The position numbers and the translations under genes are program-made. Shown one piece after another: positions 50,270-61,900 of a stretch of 64,000 bases of DNA; the first letter of the stretch is position 1, and each line of letters opens with the position of its first letter. The stretch is from Lama guanicoe. Lineage: Eukaryota. The stretch is taken from positions 186,001-250,000 of the forward strand of contig MU053606.1 of assembly GCA_013239625.1 (NCBI GenBank). The letters are read 5' to 3'. Under the pieces are notes generated by a model that saw nothing but the letters and a program-made list of their open reading frames with translations, searched no databases and was not told the origin of the DNA.

Positions 50270-52908
50270 CTAATGTGTGTGTAAGCCATCTTTACCAACA
50301 CTGCTGGAAACACAGAATTGTGGTGTTGGGGCACTGCCCAGCCAATATATATATAACAGCAGGAATAAGCTCTAACTAGGTTTCTGAGCGAAAAATGCTT
50401 TTAGCTTTAAATCTACTCAAGTAAACATGCAGAGAAATCATGGTAAGTGCTTGAGATGTAGCCTTGCTGTTTAGGTGAGATAAAGGAATTCTTCTACACT
50501 TGTTCCATTTTGGAAACATATGTGAGTGAAAGCCAACCTTCACCTAGGTTTTGAGAACCCAGGGTTTCTGGCCTCAGGGAATTACGGTACTTACATATAT
50601 AAGGGGAGGCACAAGCTCCAGGTGGCTTTTCCATTTCAAAGAGCTTTTACTTGAAATTGGCTTTCAGAATCATGCTGAGAAATCAGACTTAGTGTTTCTA
50701 CATGTCACTCCACCTTTTATGCTGTATGAAAGAACTCCGCAACACATGCTCAATTTTTAGATATGTATGAGTTTGGAAGCCATCCTTCAAATAGCTAATT
50801 GGGAACCCACAGTTTCTAGGGTAGGGAAACTACGCTACATACATATCTATGGGGATACACTAGTACCAAAATGGTCTTTCACTGCAAACCACGTTTACTT
50901 GCAACCAGCTCTGAAAAACATACTGAGAAATCAGAGTAAGTGTTTCTGTATGTCACTTAACCTTCAATGCTGGATGAAATAACGCCTCTCCACATGATAA
51001 CTTCTGACATTTGAATGTGTGTTGGAGCCGTCCTTCACCTAACTTGTTGGAAACCCAGATTTTCTGGTCTAGGGGAACTATGTTACTTACATATCTAACC
51101 GGAGACAGTCGCTCCAATGCGGTTTTCCTAAGCAAACTACTTTTACTTTGAAACCGGCGTTAGTAAACGTGCTGAGAAATCAGAGAATGTGTTTCTACAT
51201 GTCACTCTGCCTTTTATGATGGATGAAAGAACGTCACTCCACATGCTCTATTTTCAAATCTGTATATGTATGGAAGCTGTCTTTCACCTAACTTGTTGGG
51301 AACCATAGTTTCAGGACTAGGGGAACTACACTGCTTTCTTATATCTGGGGACGTCCTAGTACCAACTCGCATTTCCACTGCAAACCTCTTTACTTGAAAC
51401 CGGCTTTGAGAAACATGCTGAGAAATCAGAGTAAATGTTTCTGTATGTCACTTTAATCTTCAATGCTGGATGAAAGAACACCTCTCTACATGCTCACTTA
51501 TGACAGCTGGATGAGTGTTGGAGACGTCCTTCACTTAAAATGTTGGAAAACAAGAGTTTCTGGTCTAGGGGTACTACGCTGCTTACATATCTAAGGGGAA
51601 GCACTCGCTCCAACGCAATTTTCCACACAAACAGCTTTTACTTTGAAATCGGCATTAGTAAACATGATGAGAAATCAGAGAATGTGTTTCTACATGTCAC
51701 TCTGCCTTTTATGCTGGATGAAAGAATGCCACTCCACATGCTCTATTTTCAGATCTGTATAAATGTGGAGGCCGTCCTTCACCAAGCTTTTTGGGAACCC
51801 AGAATTTCTGGACTAGGGAAACTACACTGTTTTCATATATATGGCAACATACTAGCACCAACTCGGTTTTCCTACGCAAACCGCTTTTACTTGAAACCAG
51901 CTTTGCGAAACATTCTGAGAAATCAGAGTAAATGTTTCTGTATGTCACTTAACCTTCAATGCTGGATGAAAGAACGCATCTCCACATGCTCATGTCTGAG
52001 AGCTGAATGTGTGTTGGAACTGTCTTTCACCTAACTTGCAGTAAACCCAGTGTTTCTGGTCTAGGGGAACTACGCTACTAACATGTCTAAGGGGAGGCAC
52101 TCGCTTCAATGCAGTTTTCCACAGCTAACTACTTTTACTTTGAAACTGGCGTTAGTAAACATGCTGAGAAATCAGAGAATGTGTTTCTACATGTCACTCT
52201 TCCTTTTATGCTGGGTGAAATAAGGCCTCTCCACATGCTCTATTTTCAAATCTGTATATATATGGAAGCCATCCTTCACCTAGCTCATTGGGAATCAACA
52301 GTTTCTGGACTAGGAAAACAATGCTGCTTTCATATATATGTGAACAAACTAGCACCAACTCGCATTTCCACTGCAAAACATTTTTACTTGAAACGGATTT
52401 GAGAAACATGTTAAGAAATCAGAGTGAGTGTTTCAGTATGTCACTTAAGCTTCAATGGTGGAAGAAGGAACGCCTCCCAACATGCTCACTTCTGACATCT
52501 AAATGTGAATTGGAGACATTCTTCACGTAACTTCTTCAAAAACAAGGGTTTCTGGTCTATGGGAACTACACTGCTTACATATCTAAGCAGAGGCTCTCGC
52601 TCCAAAGTGGTTTTCCACAGCAAACAGCTCTTCCTTAGAAACTGGCATTAGGAAACATGCTGAGAATTCAGAGTAAGTATTTCTGTATGTCACTTAAACT
52701 TCAATGCTGGATGAAAGAACGCCTCTCCACAAGATCACTTCTGACATTTGAATTTGTGTTGGAGATGTCCTTCTCCTAACATGTTGGAAAACCAGAACTT
52801 CTGGAATACGGGAACGACCCAATTTACATATCAAAGTGGAGGAACCCGATTCAAAGCAGTTTACCAAAGCAAAGTAATTTTTCTTTGAAACCGGCATTTC
52901 ACAGTAAA
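50270..52908 (+). repeat. ~249-bp satellite, forward block with A/B dimer organisation
   Basis: gagaaatcaga recurs at ~50677, 50925, 51174, 51420, 51669, 51917, 52166, 52414, 52662 with alternating variants; the first monomer is strongly decayed. Confidence 0.95.
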
Positions 52909-55900
52909 TATAAAAGGTAGAGTGAGATGTACAAACACATTCTCTGATTTCTCAGTATGTTTCTTAAACCCGGTTTCAAGTAAAAGTGGTTTGCAGTGAA
53001 AAACTGAGTTCGTGCTAGTACATCCCCATATATATGAAAGCAGCAAAATTTACCTTGGAGTGAAAATCTGGGTTTCCAACAAGCTAAGTGAAAGGCGGCT
53101 TCCACACTCCTACATTCCTGAAAATTGAGCATGTGGAGAGACGTTCCTTCATCCAGCATAAAAGGCAGAGGGGCTTCTAGACACACATTCTCTGATTTCT
53201 GAGCATGTTTCTTATGCTGGTTTCAATGTAAAAGCAGTTTGATCTGGAAAACGAAGTTGGAGCGAGTGCCCCCCCTTACATATGTAAGTAGCATAGTTCC
53301 CTTATACAAGAAACTCTGGGGTTCCAACAAGTTAGGTGAAGGACGGCTCCAAGAGAAATTCAGATGTCAAAAGTGAGCTTGTGGAAAGGCTTCTTTCTTC
53401 CAGACTTGAAGGTTAAGTTACATACAGAAATGAGTACTCTGATTTCTCAGCATGTTTCTCAAAGCCGGTTTCAAGTAAAAGCGGTTTGCAGTGAAAACTC
53501 GAGTTCGTGCTAGTACATCCCCATATATTGGAAAGCAGCGTAGTTTACCTTGGACTGAAACACTGGGTTTCCAAAAAGCTAGGTGAAGAACGGCTTTCAC
53601 ACTCATACAGATCTGATAATTGAGCATGTTGAGAGGCGTTCCTTCATGCAGCATAAAAGGGAGAGGTATTCTAGACACAAATTCTCTGATTTCTAAGCAT
53701 GTTTCCTAACGCCTTTTTTAATGTAAAACCAGTTTGCTGTGGAAAACCGAGTTGGAGTGGGTGTCCCCCCTTAGATATGTAAGTAGTGTAGTTCCCCTAT
53801 ACCAGAAACTCTTAGTTTCCAACAAGTGAGGTGAAGGACGTCTCCAACACAAATTCAGATTTCAGAACTGAGCTTGTGGAGAGATGTTCCTTCATCCAGC
53901 ATTGAAGGTTAACTGACATACAGAAACCTCAGCATGTTTCTCAAAGCCGGTTTCATGTAAAAGTGGTTTGCAGTGAAAACCGAGTTTGTGTCAGTACATC
54001 CCCATATATATGAAAGCAGTGTAGTTTACCTTTGACTGAAACTCTTCGTTTCCAACAAGCTAAGTGAAGGACGGCTTCCACACTCATACAGCTCTGTAAA
54101 TGGAGCATGTTGAGAGGTGTTCATGCAGCATAAAATGCAGAGGTTTTCTAGACACATATTCTCTGGTGTCAGCATGTTTCCTAACACTGTTTTCAATGTA
54201 AAAGCAGTTTACTGTGGAAAAGCACTTTGGACCGAGTCCCTTCCCTTAGATATGTAAGTAGTATAGTTCCCCTATACCAGAAACTCTGGTTTTCCAACAA
54301 GTTACGTGAAGGACATCTCCAAAACAAATTCAGATGTCAGAAGTAAGCCTGTGGAGAGGCGTTTTTTCATCCAGCATTGAAGGTTAAGTGATATACAGAC
54401 ACACATTCTCTGAGTTGTCAGCATGTTTCTCAAAGCTGGTTTCAAATAAAAGCATTTGCAGTGTAAAACCGAGTCCATGCTAGTAAGTCCCTATATATAT
54501 GAAGGAAGGGTAGTTTCCATTGGACTGAAACTCTGGGTTTCCAACACGGTAGGTAAAGGATGGCTTCAACACTCATTCAGTTCTGAATATTGAGAATGTG
54601 GAGAGACATTCATTTGTCTAGCATAAAGGGAATGGTTTGCAGTAGAAAAACCTACACTGGATTCTCAGTATGCTTCCTAGTGCTGGTTTGAAGTTCATGC
54701 AGTTTCATTGTAATCCGAGTTGGAACTAGTACCTCAACATTTATACAAATGTAGTTAATTTACCCACTCATAAGAAACTGTGTATTCCCAACAAGTTATC
54801 TGATTGAAGACTTTCACACACGCTTAACTCTCAGAATTGTGCAAGTCGAGAGACGTTCGTTCACCTAGCATGAAGGGAATGGGTAGCAGTAGAAACACTT
54901 GCTCTGGTTTCTCAGTATATTTTTCTAGTGCCAGTTGGAGATTCATGCAGTTCTAACTCAAAAACCGAGTTGGAGTTTGTACCTCCCAAAATATATTTAT
55001 TTAGTGTAGATTCCCACACAAAAGAAACTCTGTGTTCCCAACAAGATATGTGATTGACAGCTTTCATACTCATTTAAATGTCAGAACTGAGAATGTGAAG
55101 AGACTTTTGATCATCTAGCATAAAGGGAATGGGTTGCAGAAACACATACTCGGGTTTCTCAGTATGTTTTCTACTGCCGGTTTGAAGTTCATGCAGTTAT
55201 CACTCTAAAACCGAGTTTGAGCTAGTACATCCATATATATATAAGCAGTGTAGTACCCACATAAAAGAAACTGTGTGTTCCCAACAAGCGAGGAGACTTG
55301 ATGGATTCACAAACAATTAAATCTCATAAATGAACATGTGGAGAGACGTTCATTCATCTAGCTTAAATGGAATGGTTTCTACTAAAAAGACTTCTACTGG
55401 GGTTTCAGTATGTTTTCCTCATGCCAGATTGAAGTTCATGAAGTTTTCACTGCAACACAGAATTGGAGCTAGTATCTCCTATTATATATGTAAGAAGTGA
55501 ATATCCTGACTCTAAAGAAACAGTGTGATCCCAACAAGCTAGGTGATTGAAGGTTTCCCAAGCACTTAACTCTCAGAATTGAGCAAGTGGAGAAACATTT
55601 GTTTATCAACAAAAAGGAAAAGGGGTGAAATAGAAACACTTAACCTGGACTCACAGTATGTTTCCTAGTGCGGCTTTGAAGTTCATGCAGTTTTCACTGT
55701 AAAACCGTGTTGGAGCTAATACCTTCCCATATATATGCATGTAGTGGTTACCCACTGAAAGCAAACAGTCTTCCTAACAAAGTATGCTTTTGATGGCTTG
55801 CACAAACATTTATCTCTCAGAACAGAGCATGTGGGGAGATATTAGTTCATATAGCATAAAAGGATTGGATTGAAATAGAAAAAATTACTCAGGTTTCTCA

Positions 55901-58900
55901 GTATCTCTTGCTATTGCCAATTAGAATTTCATGAAGTTTTCTCTGTAAAGCTGAGTTGGAGCTAGTAACTCCTCATATATATATATATATATATATATAA
56001 ATATAGCATAGTTACCAACTGAAAAGAAAATGGGTTCCCAACAAGCTAGAATATTGAAGAATACCCACACAATTAACACTCATAATTCAACATATAGAGA
56101 GATGTTCATTCATGTAGCTTAAAGGGGGTGGTTTGAAGTAGAGTCACTTATTCTGCTTTCTCAGTCTGTTTCCAAGTGCTGGTTTGAAATTCATGTGGTT
56201 TTCACTGTAAAATCGAGTTGGACCTATTACTTCTCCATATATATGTATGTAATGGTATTTCCAACTGAAAAGAAACATTGTGTTCCTAAGAAGCTAGGTG
56301 AAAGACGGCTTTCATGCACAATTATCTCTCAAAACTGAGCTTAAGGAGGGAAGTTCGTTCATCTAGTATAAAGGGAATGGGTTGCAGGAGAGATAGTTAC
56401 TCTGGTTTATCAGTCTGATTCCTAGTGCTGGTTTGAAGTTCCTGCAGTTTTCACTGTAAAATCGAGTTGGAACTAGTACTTCTCCATATATATGTAAGTA
56501 GTGTTGTTTCTAACTGAAAAGGAAGTTTGTGTTCCCAACAAGCTAGGTGAAAGATAGCTTTCACACTCACTTATCTCACAGAACTGAGCATGTGGAGAGA
56601 CATTCGTTCATCTAGCACCAAGAGTATGGGTTGCAAAAGAAAAAATTACTCTGGTTTCTCAGACTTTTTCCTAGTGCTGGTTTGAAGTTCTTGCATTTTT
56701 CAATTTTAAACCACATTGGTGCTACAAATTCCACATATATAAGTATGTAATACAGTTCTCAAGGTAAAAGAAACTTTGTGTTCCCAACAAGCTATTAGAA
56801 GGATTGCTTTCACAAACTGTTATCTCTCAGAAATTTGCATGTGTAGAGATGATAGTTCATCTAGCAAAAATGGAATGGTTTGCAGAAGGAATATATATTC
56901 TGGTTCTCAGTCTGTTTCCTAGTGCCGATTTGAAGTTGCTACAGTTTTCTCTGTAAAACCTAGTTGGAGCTAGTTCTTCCCCATATATATGTATGTACTG
57001 TACTGACCAACTGAAAAGAAACATTATGTTCCCAACAAGCAATGGGAAGGCGGCTTACACACACTCAAATCTCTCAGAAGTGAGCTTGTGGAGATTCGTT
57101 CTTTCATCTAGCACAAAAGGAATGCATTACAGGGGAAACATTTACTGTGGATTCCTCAGTCTGTTTCTTACTGCTGGTTGGAAGTTCCTGCAGTTTTCAC
57201 TGAAAAACCGAGTTGGAACTTGTACCTCCCCATATAAATGTATGTACTGTAGTTTCCAACTGAAAAGAAAATTTGTGTTCTCAACAAGCTCGGGAAAGGA
57301 TGGCTTTCACTCACACTTATACCTCAGAACTGAGTATGTGGAGAAAGGTTCTTTCATCTAGCACAAACTGAACACATTGCAGGAGAAACAATTACTCTGG
57401 TTTCTCAGTCTGTTTCCTAGTGCTGGTTTGAAGTTCCTGCAGTTTTCACTGTAAAATTTAGTTGGACCTATTACCTCCCCATATATATGTATGTACTGTA
57501 GTTTCCAACTGAAAAGAAAGTTTGTGTTCCCAACAAGATAGGTGAAGAACAGCTTTAACACACACTTTACTCGCAGAACTGAGGATGTGGACAGACGTTC
57601 GTACATCTAGCTCCAAGGGAAAGGATTTCAGGAGAAACACTCTGGTTTCCCAGTCTGTTTCCTAGTGCCAGTGTCAAGTTCCTGCACTTTCCACTGTAAA
57701 ACCGAGTTGGCGATTTTACCTCCCCTTATATATGCATGCAGTGTAGATTCCAACAATAAAGAAAGTTTGTTTTCCCAGCAAGCTAGGTAAAGGACGGCTT
57801 TCACACTCATTATCTCTCAGAACTGAGCATGTGGAGAGACATTCGTTCATCTAGCACCAAGGGAACGGATTGCACATGAAACCATTACTCTGGTTTTTCA
57901 GACTGTTTCCTAGTGCCAGTTTGAATTTATTACAATTTTCATTTAAAAACTGTTTTGGTGCAACAATCTCCCCATATATATGTATGTAGTGTTGTTTCAA
58001 ACTAAAAAGAAACTTTGTGTTCCCAACAAGCTAGTTGAAATATTGCTTTCACAAACACTTATCTGCTCAGAAATGAGCATGTGTACACATGTTTTTTCAT
58101 CTAGCACAAAGGGAGAGGTTTGCAGGAGAAGCACTTACTCTGGTTTCTCAGTCTGTTTCCTAGAGCTGATATAAAGTTTCTGCAGTTTTCACTATAAAAC
58201 TACTTGGACCTACTACCTACCCATATATATGTGTGTATTGTAGTTTCCAAGTGAATAGGAATTTTGTGTTCCCAACACGTTTGTTGAAGGACGGCTTTCA
58301 CACACACAAATGTCTCACAACTGATCACGTGGAGAGATTACAATTCATATGGCACAAAAGGAATGGGTGGCAAGAGAAACACTTATTCTGGTTTCTCAGT
58401 TTCTTTCCTAGTGCCGATTTGAAGTTCCTGCCATTTTCACTGTAAAGCCTAGTTGGAGCTACTACCTCCCCATATATATGTATGTATTGTAGATTCCACC
58501 TGAAAAGAAACATTTTGTTCCCAAAAAGCTATGGGTAGGCAGCTTTCACACACACAAATCTCCCAGATCTGAGCATTTGGAAAGTCGTTCTTTCATCTAG
58601 CACAAAGGGAATGCGTTGCAGGGGAAACACTTATTCTGATTTCTCAGTCTCTTTCCTAGTGCTTGTATGAAGTTCCTGCAGTTTTCACAGAAAAAATTAG
58701 TTGGAGCTAATACCTCCCCAAATACATCTATGGAGTTTAGTTTCCAACTGAAAAGAAGCTTTGCGTAACCAACAGATAGGTGAAGGACAACTTTAACACA
58801 AACTAATCTCTCAGAGCTGAGCATGCGGACAGAAGCTCATTCATCTTGCACAAAGGGATCAGGTTGCAGGAGAAAACCTTACTCTGGTTTCTCAGTCTGT

Positions 58901-61900
58901 TTCATTCTGCTTATTTGATTTTCTTGCATTTTTCAATTAAAAACCTGGTTGCTGATAATATCTCCCCATATATATGTATGTATTATAGTCTTCAGATAAA
59001 AAGAAACTGTGTTCCCAACAGGCTAGTTGAAATATTACTTTCACAAACACTTATCTCTCAGAAATGAGCATGTGTAGACATGTTATTTCATCTAGCACAA
59101 AGGGAACGGGTTGCAGGGGAAACACTTACTCCAGGTTCTCAGTGTGTTTCCTAGTGCCAATTTGAAATTCCTGCAGTTTTCACTGTAAAATCGAGTTGGA
59201 GCTAGTCCCTCCCTATATATATGAATATAGTGTGGTTTCAAACTGAAAAGATACTTTGTGTTCCCAACAAGCTAGTTGAAGTACGGCTTTCACACACACT
59301 TATCTCTCAGATCTGACTGCGTGGAGAAACCTTCATTCATGTAGCAAAAATGGAATGGGTTTAAGGGGAAACAGTAACTCTGTTTTTGCAGTCTGCTTCC
59401 TAATGTCGGTTTGAATTTCCTGCAGTTTTCACTGTTAAACCTAGTTGGACCTAGTATCAACCCATATATATTTATGTAGTTTAGTTTCCAACAGAAAAGA
59501 AATTTTGTCTTCCCAACATGTTAGATGAAGGAAGGCTTTCACACACACATATCTTTCAGTACTGAGCACATAGATAGACTTTAGTTCATCGAGCACAAAT
59601 GGAAATGTTTACAGGAGAAACACTTACTCTGGTTTCTCAGTCTCTTTCCTCGTGCCAGTTTGAAGTTCCTGCAGTTTTCACTGATAAACTGAGTTGGATC
59701 TAGTATCTCCCCAATATACATGTATGTAGTTTATTTCCAACTTAATAGAAACTTTGTGTAACCAACAAGCTTTGTGATGTACCCCTTTAACACAAACCAA
59801 TTTCTCAGAACTGAGCATGCAGACAGACTTTCGTTCATATAGCACAAGGGAACTGGTTGCAGGGGAAACACTTACTCTGGTTTAAAATCTGTTTTTTACT
59901 GCCGGTTTGAAATTCCTGCAGTTTTCACTGTAAATCTGAGTTGGAGCTAGCACCTCTGAATATATATGTATATATTGTAGATTCTAACTGAAAAGTAACT
60001 CTGTGTTCCCAACAATTTAGGTGAAGAACAGCTTTCACACATACTTATCTCTCAGAGTGAGCATGTGGAGAGACTTTCCTTCATCTGGCACAAAGGGATC
60101 ATGTTGCAGGGGAAACACTTACTCTGGTTTCTAAGTCTCTTTCCTAGTGCCAGTTTGATGTTCCTGCTTATTTCACTGAAAAGCCAATTTGGAGCTAGTA
60201 CCTCCCCAATATACATGTATGTAGTTTATACCAACTGAATAGAAAATTTGTGTAACCAACAAGCTAGGTGAAGGACGGCTTTCACACACTTACCTCTCAG
60301 AACTGAGCATGTGGAGAAAATTCGATCATCTAACAGAAAGGGAACAGATTGCCTGAGAAACACTCTGGTTTCTCAGTCTGTTTCCTACTGCTGATTTGAA
60401 GTTCCTGCCGTTTTCACTGTAAAGAGTGTTGGAGCTAGCACTTTCCCATTTTTATGTATAAAGTGTAGATTCCAACTGAAAAGAAACTTTGTGTTTCAAA
60501 GAAGGAAATGGAAGGTCGGCTTTCACACACACTTATCTCTCAGAACTGAGCATGTGGAGAGACGTTCGTTCATCTAGCACCGAGGGAACTCAATGCAGTA
60601 GAATAAATTACTCAAATTTCCCACTATCTTTCCTACTGCTGGTTTGAAGTACCTGCAGTTTTCACTGAAATACTGAGTTGGATCTAGTACCTCCCCATAT
60701 GTATGTATTAGTGTAGTTTCCAACTTAAAAGAAAGTTTGTGTTCCCAACAAGGTAGGTGAAGAACAGCATTCACACACACTTTTCTCACAGAACTGAGGA
60801 TGTGGGGAGACCTTCATTGATCTAGCACAATGGGAACTGGTTGCAGGAGAAGTACTTAGTGTGATTTCTCAGACTTTTTCCTTGTGCCTGTTTGAATATC
60901 TAACATTTTTCATTTTAAAATTGGTGTGGTGCTAGTATCTCCCCATATATATGTATGTTGTATACTTTCCAACTAAAAAGAAAATTAGTGTTTCCAACAA
61001 GCTAGTTGAAATATTGCTTTCAAAAACTCTTATCTCTCAGAAATGAGTATGTTTAGAGATGTTAGTTCATCTAACACAAAGGGAACAGATTGCAGGTGTA
61101 TAATTTACTCTGTTTTCTCAGTCTAATTCCTAGTGCTGAATAAATTTGCTGCAATTTTCAATGTAAAATAGTTGAAGCTAGTACCTCCCCATATATATAT
61201 ATATATATGTAGTGTAGATTCCAAATTAAAAGAAAATTTCTGTTCACAACAAGCTAGTTGAAGGATGGCTTTCACCCTCAATTATCTCTCAGAAATAAGC
61301 ATGTAGATAGACGTTCTTTCATCTAGCTCCAAGGAAACGGGTTGCAGAAGAAAAGCTTGATCTGGTTTATCTGTATATTTTCTAGTGGCGGTTAGAAGTT
61401 CCTGAAGTATTCACTGTAAAACCAGTAGGAGCTAGTACCTCCCTATATAAATGTATGTAGTGTAGTTTCCAACTGAAAAGAAAGTTTCTATTCCCAACAA
61501 GCTAGGTGAAGGACGGCTTACACACTCAATTATATCTCAGAACTGAACATGTTGAGAGACATTCGTTCATCTAGCACCAAGGGTATGGATTGCACAAGAA
61601 ACACTTACTCTGGTTTCTCAGGCTGTTTCCTTGTGTCGGTTTGAAGTTCTTGCATTTTTCAATTTTAAACCAGTTTGGTGTTGCAACCTACTCATATATA
61701 TGTATGTAATATAGTTTCCAACTAGAAAGAAACTTTGTGTTCCCAAGAAGCGATTTGAAGGATTGCTCTCACATACAGTTATCTCTCAGAAACGAGCATG
61801 TGTACAAATATTAGTTCATCTTGCAAAAAGGGAATAGTTTGCAGGAGAAACACTTACTCTGCTTTCTCATTCTCTTTCCTAGTGCCAATTTGATGTTCCT

